A stretch of 64,000 bases of DNA from Candidatus Fermentimicrarchaeum limneticum (GTDB lineage: Archaea > Micrarchaeota > Micrarchaeia > Burarchaeales > Fermentimicrarchaeaceae), in contig CP058998.1 in NCBI GenBank assembly GCA_013426015.1, positions 724,071-788,070 of the forward strand, read 5' to 3'. The notes under the pieces were generated by a model. It saw only the letters and a list, made by a program, of their open reading frames with translations, was not told where the DNA came from and did no database searches. A program made the position numbers and the translations under genes. Positions within the stretch are counted from its first letter, which is position 1; every line of letters begins with the position of its first letter. Positions 42,233 through 50,929 of this stretch are shown here, piece by piece.

Positions 42233-44743
42233 CTATTTTATTACAAAAACAGTTGCAGTCTTCTCATCCTCATCTGGCAGAGCATCTGAGTAAATCTCTC
42301 CCTTAAAAGTATGAATTTTTAAAAGCTCAACATTTCCTTTTTCGAACTTTTCTTCTGCGTATGGAGTTGCATCACTATAGGTGGTTCCCAGAATGACTTT
42401 CTTGAAGCCAGCCTTCTCTGCTAAATCCTTGACAAAACCGATCGAGGCTTCGTATATCTCATTCGTATTCTTGTAAGAGCTTGTTATGTTTATGGAATCT
42501 ATTATCAGAGTGGATTCACCCCCGATCTTGCCTGCGAAGAGCCATGCCTGCCCGATTCTCTGTTCTTTTCCTTCTTTTGTTATGGATATCTCGGCTATTT
42601 GAGTCGCAGCATCCATCATGTAGATAGGTAGAGTCCACCTGTTACCTCCATTAAAAGCAACACAGCAACCCGAATCGTTCCCGTTTGTCAAGGCAGTCAA
42701 CGGGTTTTTATCACTCAATTTCACCGAGATTATAATCTCCCCTGCTTCGCCTTTCATCGGCTTCACAGGCATGCCGAGCAATCTTTCAATCTCCTGAACA
42801 TGGAATAGGGCAGTTCTAGCCTCGCCTTTAATCTCCTCTGAGTCTACTACCATCGAACCAGGCGTTCCTGTGGTCTTTAGATACTTCTCAAGCACCGACA
42901 CTGCTTCCTTTGACCATTTTTTATCATTTGACAGCATCATCTCAATTATTGCCTTTGCTCTCTCCTCTGGGGTTTTGTAGTCCCGTGCATCAAGAGAGGT
43001 CAGTTCCGCAAATACCTTTCCCGGCTTCTTGAAAACCTCCCCTTTCGGGTTGCTGAAAAGCTGCATCACCACATCCTGGAACGTATCATTGATGTGCTCC
43101 TCTCCTGCCTCCAGCTTCTCAATTCCTGTTAATGTTTTCTTGAAGACTACTTTGTCAATCCCCTTGTAGTAGACGTAGACATCGGTATTTATTCCAAGCT
43201 TGTTCATTTCTGTGAGTGCTTGCTTATTCTCTTCTAGTGAGTCGTAGTACTTTTGGAAGGTGTTTTCAAGCCCGTACTTTATGAGTATCCTTACTTCCTC
43301 GTTTTTTTCAATAAAATCTAAACCAGATATCATTTTGATAAGATATTCCTTCTGGTCTTGGGCTATTTTTTCAAATGGGAATTTCACATCTTCCGCTATT
43401 TTCTTAGCGCCTAGGTCAATAAGCTGTGCAGAGAAGTCCTGCAGCTTGAGCCGGGAGAGCTCTTCTTTTGAGAAATTGGGTATATAACTAATAAGACGGG
43501 GATTTTTCAACAGACTAGTCACAGCAGAACTTAAATCTTGCATTGTTAATCTTTTTCCCTCTGTTTGTGTTAACAGCGCACCTAACACCTTTTCTCTCTC
43601 TCCCCAAGATTCAATAAACCCCTCCTCTTTTAGTTTTTCGTTTAACAAGTCTTCTAATTTTTTAATTTCTGATATCCACCCACTCATTTCTTCTTTGGTT
43701 TTTATGATTCCCTCCATTGCTAGATTTACAAGATTCCCTCTAATTTCAAAATCATAAAAGATATCGCAGGCTACATCTGCCACCTTTGCCCTTTTTTCAA
43801 TCTCTGGCACCCAGTCTCTCAGTTCCTCAACGGTTTTTGCCACTCCTGTTTTTACTAGTGAATCCAAATACTTCGAGCCTATTTGCCGCGTGGATGAATT
43901 AGCAGAAATAAGTTTGAAGTCTAACTCATCGTATACGCGGTCTAATCTTTTTATATGGCGTACGTCGGATTCATATAATTTCACTAGTTTTTTAAGGTCT
44001 TCTGAGGATTTTACCATGTCTTTTTTTACCAATTCGGGTAGATGGTTGCGGCATACGTACTTACCCCATAAATCATTAAACTTGAAGTCTCTCAATAGGT
44101 CTGCTTTTGCTAGGTTTGGGAAAACAAAGGATATGGGCAACCCACCGAGCTCTCTTCCATGATATTCTGCGTCCCGTGTTAATTCATGTAGTTTGACTAT
44201 TGCGTGTAAGTCATTCGGGGATTTTATCACTCCCTTATCCAACATAAGTTGTAGACTGTCTCCCCACATGATATTGCTGATAGTGATTAGTTCTAAACCG
44301 CAGCACCCTAAGTCATTCGGGGATTTTATCACTTCTTTCTTTCCTAGTTTCGAAATAAATTCATCCAGATCTATCGGTCCAACTGAGATTCCTTGATGCT
44401 CGGAAAGATATTTATGCAATCCGATCAGCTTTTTTCCATACCTTTCCAAATCTTCCGTGTCTTTTATCAGACCACTCTCTCCAAGCAGTAGGAAACCTCT
44501 TTCGAAATTCATCCAGTAACGTCCAGGTTCTGATAACTCGTATAATTTATGCAGGGCTGTAATGTTTTCAGGTGTGACCTTAAGGCGCATTCCTTTCAGT
44601 ATTCTCTCGTGAATCTCTCTTTCATAGGAGGGGATTTTCGCCAGCTCCCTCTTCATTCTCTGCTCAGGGATTTCAGGCTTTATGCGCTCTGTTTCTACTG
44701 GCTGCTCGGCAGGCGCTTCAATGGGTTTCAGCTTCTCTGGCAT
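42233..44743 (-). CDS. Large hypothetical protein (836 aa) with internal tandem repeat
   Basis: No recognisable catalytic motif; 105-bp direct DNA repeat (~44207 and ~44312) encodes duplicated (V)IKSPNDL segment; no signal peptide. Confidence 0.5.
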   Translation of the reverse strand: MPEKLKPIEAPAEQPVETERIKPEIPEQRMKRELAKIPSYEREIHERILKGMRLKVTPENITALHKLYELSEPGRYWMNFERGFLLLGESGLIKDTEDLERYGKKLIGLHKYLSEHQGISVGPIDLDEFISKLGKKEVIKSPNDLGCCGLELITISNIMWGDSLQLMLDKGVIKSPNDLHAIVKLHELTRDAEYHGRELGGLPISFVFPNLAKADLLRDFKFNDLWGKYVCRNHLPELVKKDMVKSSEDLKKLVKLYESDVRHIKRLDRVYDELDFKLISANSSTRQIGSKYLDSLVKTGVAKTVEELRDWVPEIEKRAKVADVACDIFYDFEIRGNLVNLAMEGIIKTKEEMSGWISEIKKLEDLLNEKLKEEGFIESWGEREKVLGALLTQTEGKRLTMQDLSSAVTSLLKNPRLISYIPNFSKEELSRLKLQDFSAQLIDLGAKKIAEDVKFPFEKIAQDQKEYLIKMISGLDFIEKNEEVRILIKYGLENTFQKYYDSLEENKQALTEMNKLGINTDVYVYYKGIDKVVFKKTLTGIEKLEAGEEHINDTFQDVVMQLFSNPKGEVFKKPGKVFAELTSLDARDYKTPEERAKAIIEMMLSNDKKWSKEAVSVLEKYLKTTGTPGSMVVDSEEIKGEARTALFHVQEIERLLGMPVKPMKGEAGEIIISVKLSDKNPLTALTNGNDSGCCVAFNGGNRWTLPIYMMDAATQIAEISITKEGKEQRIGQAWLFAGKIGGESTLIIDSINITSSYKNTNEIYEASIGFVKDLAEKAGFKKVILGTTYSDATPYAEEKFEKGNVELLKIHTFKGEIYSDALPDEDEKTATVFVIK

Positions 44744-44791
44744 GGTTGAATTATGCCCTTTCTAGCTATTAAAATTATGCTAAAATCAGGA

Positions 44792-44840
44792 GTGGGGCCA
44801 GAGCCGATTAAATTTCAGGTTTTTCATTTGGGCCCATAAA
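44792..44840. repeat. att-like repeat B: partial copy of the tRNA-Trp 3' end plus shared motif
   Basis: TGGGGCCAGAG 11-mer identical to tRNA-Trp 3' end; ~85% identical to repeat A. Confidence 0.6.
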
Positions 44841-44877
44841 TTCCCGCTTTGAGGTATGCAAAATAAAAAAAATTAGA

Positions 44878-45477
44878 CTACTGGCAGCAGTGGAAAGGTT
44901 TGCTGGTGTAGGATGGATCGGCAACTCTATTTGCACCACACTCGTCTGGCAGGTTTTGGACTACAATTGGCATTATTTGACCGCCAGGACTAAGCCACTC
45001 GTTGGACCACTCGCCTCCGGTTGGGATGGTGATTGCTCCAGCATGGCATGCGCCATAAAGTTGCGGTATGTCACACAAAGTCTTGTTTTCACTCTGGCAT
45101 TGCGCCATAGAATCATCTATTGACTTTGCACTATTTGAAGAGGTGTCTATGCAGAAAGCTCCTGCCCTTGTCATATCAGTAGGACATGGAAGTTGGGCTA
45201 TAGTTACTGCTGGACCAGGATTTCCTTGGGATCCTTGCGGTCCGGCTGGCCCAGTATCTCCTTCTGGACCTTGGGGTCCCACCGAACCTGTATCGCCTTT
45301 AGATCCCTGAGGTCCTACATCACCTCTTGAACCTTGGGGTCCTATTGGACCAGTATCGCCCTTCGGACCCTGCTGTCCGGTATCACCCTTCGCTCCTTGC
45401 GGTCCTGCGGGACCTACCTGTGTGCAACCGGCAAAAAACAGCGCTACAATCAATAAGACAATTAAGAGCCTTCTCAT
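44878..45477 (-). CDS. Collagen-like (Gly-X-Y repeat) lipoprotein with Cys-rich C-terminal domain
   Basis: Signal peptide plus lipobox-like [18 protein letters not shown]; ~25 uninterrupted G-X-Y triplets; C-terminal ~110 aa with 8 Cys. Confidence 0.65.
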   Translation of the reverse strand: MRRLLIVLLIVALFFAGCTQVGPAGPQGAKGDTGQQGPKGDTGPIGPQGSRGDVGPQGSKGDTGSVGPQGPEGDTGPAGPQGSQGNPGPAVTIAQLPCPTDMTRAGAFCIDTSSNSAKSIDDSMAQCQSENKTLCDIPQLYGACHAGAITIPTGGEWSNEWLSPGGQIMPIVVQNLPDECGANRVADPSYTSKPFHCCQ

Positions 45478-45555
45478 TACCTTCACCCCCAATTATTTAG
45501 TTAGGGCTTTTTAATATATGCATTAGTCAAGATAATCCTTTATAAGATAAATGTA

Positions 45556-45722
45556 TGGGGCCAGAGGGATTTGAACCCTCATTAACAGGTGTCTCATAAA
45601 GCATCTCATCCTTTGTCAATGCTCCAATTCTAAATCATCCCCGAAGGTCATTCCACCTGTAACAATGCTCCTCTACAAAAGGAACTGGAGCCTGTTGTTC
45701 TGCCAAGTTATACCATGGCCCC
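45556..45722 (-). tRNA. tRNA-Trp (anticodon CCA) with ~90-nt intron at or near the canonical position
   Basis: Hand-fold: acceptor GGGGCCA/TGGCCCC+A73, anticodon stem ACAGG/CCTGT with loop CTCCAG..., T-arm GAGGG-TTCAAAT-CCCTC; 167 nt precursor. Confidence 0.7.
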
Positions 45723-45753
45723 TTGCAGAGTTATTTTGAAAAATCAGATTTAA

Positions 45754-46911
45754 TTACTTTGCTATCTTTTCCACTTTCTTGACTATCTCCTCCAGAACCA
45801 TCTTGTCAAATCCCTGATTCACTCTCAGCCCGGCAGCTACGTCATGCCCTCCTCCGCTGTCAATCGCACCTTTCATCTCGCTTTTCAACTCTGAGATAAG
45901 CTGGTTTGCATTGAATCCTGCTTCCTTCGCTTTTCTGTTCGCCCTAAAGTGCATCATCCGCTCCCCGTATCCGACAGTAACAAGCGGCGCATTTAATTTC
46001 TTGTCAAAGTCATCGTGGACCTCGCCGGTTATCTTGCCCCTTCCAGGAAACTCGCCAGACCTGAACTTGTCAAGCCTAAGCAGCACCAGCTTGAAACCAT
46101 TATCGAATTCCTTCAGCTTCGAGTATCTGGCCGCATCCTTCTTCACACGCTCTATCTTCTTCATTGCTCGTTTGTAGATTGACTCCATCTTATTCTGGTC
46201 CTTGAGTATTGAATAGTATAACTCAAGGCTCTCCGCAAAATCCGAGCTTGATGCTACAAAATCAAGCACAAGTGCTTTGTGGTTCAGCTCACCTTCTGGC
46301 AGCTGGATGAGCCTGCTCTTGTCACCTATCAGGGCGATTTTCTGGAACTCTTCAAGTTCGGAGGAGTAATCAATCTTCTTGGCTATCTCCCCCGCAATAA
46401 AGCCGGCGGAATAGTCTGAATTGCCGCCGTGCAGCCATGGCGATACAAGCAGGTCCGCTGCCCGGGTGACTTCTTCCTGCAGCGGGTGATGGTCTGCTAT
46501 GAGCAGCTTGAAGTTGGAGTTCTTCAACGCCTTCATCGAGTCTAGGCTCTCGGAGTTCACAGAGAAATCCAGCAGAATCGCCAGCGGAGGCTGTGAAGGT
46601 TGCATATTCCTTATGAGCTCTATATCATCCACAACAGCACCAAGCCCGTATATGGCGGAGGGATTTTTGAAAATGAGCGTCCGTCTCCTCTGTCCCTCCC
46701 AAGCCTTGTTGCCGACCAGCCCCTTAATTGAGAAGTAGATGGACAGCGCGGCGCATATCCCATCGCAATCCCCGTGGTATCTCATAAGAATGGGGCTTGC
46801 TGCGTTCACTGCGGTCTTTATAATCTCTGCAGCACTTTCAAAATCCGTTCTCATCCTATTCAGGACTTCGTCTGAGTTGATAAAGGCGGCTATGTCATCT
46901 GTGTTGGGCAT
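45754..46911 (-). CDS. DHH-family phosphoesterase (RecJ-like / NrnA-like)
   Basis: HGDCDG and DHH motifs; DHHA1-like GGGH near C-terminus; ATG at 46911. Confidence 0.75.
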   Translation of the reverse strand: MPNTDDIAAFINSDEVLNRMRTDFESAAEIIKTAVNAASPILMRYHGDCDGICAALSIYFSIKGLVGNKAWEGQRRRTLIFKNPSAIYGLGAVVDDIELIRNMQPSQPPLAILLDFSVNSESLDSMKALKNSNFKLLIADHHPLQEEVTRAADLLVSPWLHGGNSDYSAGFIAGEIAKKIDYSSELEEFQKIALIGDKSRLIQLPEGELNHKALVLDFVASSSDFAESLELYYSILKDQNKMESIYKRAMKKIERVKKDAARYSKLKEFDNGFKLVLLRLDKFRSGEFPGRGKITGEVHDDFDKKLNAPLVTVGYGERMMHFRANRKAKEAGFNANQLISELKSEMKGAIDSGGGHDVAAGLRVNQGFDKMVLEEIVKKVEKIAK

Positions 46912-46969
46912 GATATGATTACGCAAAGGGATATTAATATTTGAGGAGTAATGGTTTAAGGTGATTGAG

Positions 46970-47227
46970 ATGGATGCGAGGGTAGTAAACTACAGGAGGG
47001 GTAAGCACAACGAATACACCAACCAGTATGTAGTTGCCATAGACGGCATGACAAGCAAGGATGAGGCCCTCAAGTATGTTGGCAAGAAAGTCGTATGGAA
47101 GACACCAAGCGGAAATGAGATAGTTGGCAAGATCACAAACACCCATGGGAATGGCGGGGCCATGCTTGCGAGGTTTGGTAAGGGGCTGCCCGGCCAGGTA
47201 TTGGGAAGCATTTTGAGTGTGGAGTGA
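46970..47227 (+). CDS. rpl35ae: 50S ribosomal protein L35Ae
   Basis: ~85 aa, eL33/L35Ae-like; ATG 46970. Confidence 0.75.
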   Translation: MDARVVNYRRGKHNEYTNQYVVAIDGMTSKDEALKYVGKKVVWKTPSGNEIVGKITNTHGNGGAMLARFGKGLPGQVLGSILSVE

Positions 47228-47230
47228 GGG

Positions 47231-47587
47231 ATGTTGATGGAGGCACCTGCCAAACCCGAAGTGATTAGGGACATGGCGGAGAAGCTCAAGGATACCCACA
47301 GATTGATGGCGATATCCGGGATTGACGAGGGCGGCAGCATAACGCTCTGCTATCATTTCTGGAGCATCTCCAGCAATGAGATAATGAACTTGAGAGTAAA
47401 GCTTGGAAAGAGCAATATACGAACCATATCGGACATCATACCAAACGCTCTGTATTACGAGAGGGAAATCCACGATTTGCTGGGAGTTGAGTTCGGAGGA
47501 GCAAAGCTGCACCCGCTGCTCGTCCCTAAGGGGTATAAGAAATATCCCCTGAGAAAGGCTCTTGAGGGGAAGAAGCTCAGCCCTTGA
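47231..47587 (+). CDS. NuoC-like (30-kDa subunit family) component of a [NiFe] hydrogenase / complex I-like module
   Basis: YYEREIHDLLGVEF motif characteristic of NuoC/EchD-type subunits; 118 aa. Confidence 0.65.
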   Translation: MLMEAPAKPEVIRDMAEKLKDTHRLMAISGIDEGGSITLCYHFWSISSNEIMNLRVKLGKSNIRTISDIIPNALYYEREIHDLLGVEFGGAKLHPLLVPKGYKKYPLRKALEGKKLSP

Positions 47588-48431
47588 CTATCTGCATACA
47601 CTGGTCCCTCAAGAGTTCTGTTGCGATGTATGTGCACAGAGTAGGGTTATTCGTGTCCTTTGCTACCTGCGTGTAGCAGCTGTCCCTCAGTGATGCAGAC
47701 GGCAGGTTTTTGCATGCATCGGGGTTCTTGGAGTATACCGCAGCCACATACAGGCAGGCCTGCTTGCCTTGCGATTCAGTTATCTGGTTGCACAAGGCAG
47801 GATCTATGCTTCCTGTCTTGCATAGGTCTTTTGAGAATGGGTTTACTATCTGGTTGCAGAGCGTCGTATCATTGAGCTCCTCTGCCACTGAGAATACGCA
47901 CCTGTCCACGGCATCCTGCTGCGATTCTGGGTTATCGGTCACAATCAGCTTGCAGAAAGCAGTATCCCTGTTCTGTATGGCAAGGTTGGGGTATATCTGG
48001 TTCTTGCAGGTATTCCTTGATATGTTGAGGGATATGCCGTCGCAGATTTCGGGCCTTTCCATAGCAATCGCTATTCCTGAGAGGCAGCTGTCCCGCTGGT
48101 AGCTGGAGTTGATACGCATGCACATGGAAGTGTCATTGCTGCTTGCAGCCAGCCTGCCAAAACACTCGTCCATCAAGTTGCCGGACAGTTTGGCGCACGT
48201 TGAAGAGTTTACGGGGAGATCTGCACCTATGAGCAGCGCATAGCACTTCTCTGAAAGGCTGCTCACAGTTATCTCATCGCATTTTGACATGTTCTTTGTT
48301 TCGACTGCAACTAAGACAAGGCAGTTGTCCTTCTGTGACGGATCCCAGAGGTGGTAACATCTGTCAGGGGACCTATTCTCTAGAATACAGCCAGAGAGAA
48401 ACACAAGCAGTAGCAGCAGCTGTTTCCTCAT
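47577..48431 (-). CDS. Cys-rich tandem-repeat lipoprotein, paralogue of the 37528..38781 protein
   Basis: MRKQLLLLLVFLSGC signal/lipobox; same ~26-aa Cys-pair repeat architecture and N-x-S/T sequons; embedded antisense within the hydrogenase gene cluster. Confidence 0.6.
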   Translation of the reverse strand: MRKQLLLLLVFLSGCILENRSPDRCYHLWDPSQKDNCLVLVAVETKNMSKCDEITVSSLSEKCYALLIGADLPVNSSTCAKLSGNLMDECFGRLAASSNDTSMCMRINSSYQRDSCLSGIAIAMERPEICDGISLNISRNTCKNQIYPNLAIQNRDTAFCKLIVTDNPESQQDAVDRCVFSVAEELNDTTLCNQIVNPFSKDLCKTGSIDPALCNQITESQGKQACLYVAAVYSKNPDACKNLPSASLRDSCYTQVAKDTNNPTLCTYIATELLRDQCMQIVKG

Positions 48432-48522
48432 ATAAGTGATTTATATACGTTACGCAATATAAATTTTTCTAGGAAGCAGCTTTACATAGCCACTTTATGA
48501 GGGTTTACCAAGCGGTGGAACA

Positions 48523-49653
48523 ATGCATGATTCGAAATTGGTAATTGGCCCCTCCCATCCGATGCTAGTTGAGCCTGCAAGACTGGTATTCGGAATCAAG
48601 GATGGGAGAATCAAAAGCGTCGATATTGACCTAGGCTACACCCACAAGGGGATAGAAAAAATGCTTGAGACGAAGAACTACACCCAAGCAGTGCCATTCG
48701 TTGAAAGAATATGCGGGATATGCTCGCACTGCCACGCCTCTAATTTCTGCTACGCTGTTGAGAAGCTCAGTGGGATTGAGATTCCAGAAAGGGCTAAGTA
48801 CATAAGGACGATTGCTGCCGAGCTTGAGAGGGTACACAGTCACCTGCTGGTTCTCTCCCTGACCATGGAGGATATAGGGCAGAGGAAGCTTATGCTGGAA
48901 ACACTGGACAGAAGAGAGAGGATAGTCGATGCATTTGAGGAGTTCACCGGAGGCAGAGTGCACCACTCTATAAATGTAATAGGGGGAACGCGACTGGATA
49001 TTGACAAGGATGCGGCTGGGATGATACGGACTGCCGTAGACGAGGCTACGGAGTACTCCAAGAAGCTTGCCGAAACGATACTCAAAAACGATTCTGTAAG
49101 GAAGCAACTGGAGGGAAATGGCGTGCTGAGCAGAGAGAAGGCAAAGCAACTGGGCGTCGTAGGCCCTGTTGGCAGAGGCTCCGGCATAGATTACGATGTC
49201 AGGAAGGCGAAATCGTATGGAAAGTATTCTGAGATGGACTTTAGCATACCCTTGCACGATGAGGGAGATAGCCTGGCGAGGACACTTGTGAGGGTTGAGG
49301 AGATACCAGAGTCCGCCAGGATAATAAAGGAATGCTTCAGCAGGATGCAGCCAGGGGAGTTGAGGGTGAGATGGGACGGCAAGCCACCTGCCGGTGAGCA
49401 GATACACCTGGTAGAGGCTCCTCGAGGGGAGAATCTGCACTACGTAATTTCAAGGGGAGAGAGGACCCCCTACAGGGTCAGGATAAGGCCGCCCTCTTTT
49501 GCAAACCTGCAATGCGCTGCTACGATATTGGAAGGTGCAAGCGTGTCCGATATACCGGCAGCAGTGATAAGCCTTGACCCATGCATAAGCTGTACCGAGA
49601 GGACCGCGTATATCGACAGGGGAGGCATAGTATATGTTGAGTACAGGGGCTGA
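48523..49653 (+). CDS. [NiFe] hydrogenase large (catalytic) subunit, group-4 (Ech/Mbh-like)
   Basis: N-terminal RICGICSHCH (RxCGxCxxxH-type) and C-terminal DPCISCTER (DPCxxCxxR-type) motifs; 376 aa. Confidence 0.8.
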   Translation: MHDSKLVIGPSHPMLVEPARLVFGIKDGRIKSVDIDLGYTHKGIEKMLETKNYTQAVPFVERICGICSHCHASNFCYAVEKLSGIEIPERAKYIRTIAAELERVHSHLLVLSLTMEDIGQRKLMLETLDRRERIVDAFEEFTGGRVHHSINVIGGTRLDIDKDAAGMIRTAVDEATEYSKKLAETILKNDSVRKQLEGNGVLSREKAKQLGVVGPVGRGSGIDYDVRKAKSYGKYSEMDFSIPLHDEGDSLARTLVRVEEIPESARIIKECFSRMQPGELRVRWDGKPPAGEQIHLVEAPRGENLHYVISRGERTPYRVRIRPPSFANLQCAATILEGASVSDIPAAVISLDPCISCTERTAYIDRGGIVYVEYRG

Positions 49654-50317
49654 GGACACTGTCAAAAAATTCCCAAAGGTCTATCCGCTGGCACTAGCAG
49701 GCTGCAATGGATGCGACATAGAGATAATCGCAACGCTTGGCCCAAGATTCGACCAGGATAGACTCGGGATAGAGGTTGTGAATTCTCCGAAGGATGCACA
49801 TATACTCATGGTTAATGGAACGGTCAACAGGAAGCTCAAGAAGCATCTGAATGGCATATACAAGCAGATGGCCGACCCGAGGATTGTTGTTGCGGTCGGT
49901 TCCTGCGCGATATCAAATGGGCCTTTTAGGGAATGCTACAATATGTGCTGCAGGGTTGATGAGGTTGTGCCCGTTTCAGTTTACATACCGGGCTGCCCCC
50001 CGAGACCGCGAGCTATATTGTACGGGCTGAGGAGGACTCTTGAAAAGTGCCCACCGAATCTCGCTCCCGCTCCACTGAAGACAAGGTCGCGCCTCACCAG
50101 GGACAGGAAGATATGCATAAACTGTGGGGCATGCACGCTGGTATGCCCGTCAAAGGCGTGTTACTTCGTGCAGGACAAGGAGAAGAGGAGGGTGGATTTC
50201 AACCTGGCTTACTGCACATTCTGCGGGCAGTGCGTTGAGGTGTGCCCTGTCAAATGCCTGAAGATGGTGAATGAGTATGAGCTGGCTACGTCCAACAAGG
50301 ATGAGCTAATGATTTGA
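49634..50317 (+). CDS. Hydrogenase small subunit (NuoB-like) fused to a 2x[4Fe-4S] ferredoxin domain
   Basis: NuoB-type Cys (AGCNGCD...GSCAISNGPF...GCPPRP) followed by two CxxCxxCxxxCP motifs. Confidence 0.8.
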   Translation: MLSTGAEDTVKKFPKVYPLALAGCNGCDIEIIATLGPRFDQDRLGIEVVNSPKDAHILMVNGTVNRKLKKHLNGIYKQMADPRIVVAVGSCAISNGPFRECYNMCCRVDEVVPVSVYIPGCPPRPRAILYGLRRTLEKCPPNLAPAPLKTRSRLTRDRKICINCGACTLVCPSKACYFVQDKEKRRVDFNLAYCTFCGQCVEVCPVKCLKMVNEYELATSNKDELMI

Positions 50318-50862
50318 TGAAACTTGTAAAAGACCGTGGAATTGTCCTGATAAGCGTATTCTTCCTTCTCTTGGGAGCATACAACATCATCTACGCGAAG
50401 ATTCTGCTCACGGCATTAAATGAAGTTTCCTGTTTTGGAATGGACTGCATGACACTAGGATTCCTGAGGATGATGGCTTGGATTCTGGGAGCTATAGGCG
50501 TATGCTATATTATAACCGCAATTGTGATACGCCTGCATGAAGTGGGTTGCTATCTTGCAATTGTTGCATCGTGCTTCAACATACTGCTGATGGTAGCATA
50601 CCTGACAAAACTTTCAGTGATGCCAATCTGGATGACCTTCATCCTCCCAGTGAGGATTATTCTCACACAAAGCATCAGCTACTCTCCCTCGCAGGCAAGG
50701 GATCTCCCCTCGATTATGGGAAGTTCTCTGGAAATTCTGATCATCCTGCTCAACATTGGGATTATAGCGTATCTTTTCAAATGTCTTAGAAGAGATGCGT
50801 GGGGTCCAGCGGATAGAAAGCCTAAGCTAGGCGGGTTGGATGAAGAAGAAATAGAGGAATAG
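50317..50862 (+). CDS. Small integral membrane protein, possible anchor of the hydrogenase module
   Basis: ~180 aa, 5 hydrophobic segments, acidic C-terminus; translationally coupled to the small-subunit gene. Confidence 0.45.
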   Translation: MKLVKDRGIVLISVFFLLLGAYNIIYAKILLTALNEVSCFGMDCMTLGFLRMMAWILGAIGVCYIITAIVIRLHEVGCYLAIVASCFNILLMVAYLTKLSVMPIWMTFILPVRIILTQSISYSPSQARDLPSIMGSSLEILIILLNIGIIAYLFKCLRRDAWGPADRKPKLGGLDEEEIEE

Positions 50863-50929
50863 CCGAGCCTGAGTGGGTGGTGGATTTAATTAGAAGGCCC
50901 GGCCATTCGAACGTGAATTGATAATGGCC

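Noticed and set aside
42103-45722. Intact integrase or recombinase gene in the tRNA-Trp island
   Set aside because: Neither cargo protein shows tyrosine/serine recombinase motifs by eye; the island is therefore described as a remnant or non-autonomous element, not an intact provirus or integrative plasmid.
48631-49440. 269-aa minus-strand ORF inside the hydrogenase large-subunit gene
   Set aside because: Antisense to a gene with clear catalytic motifs; no features of its own.
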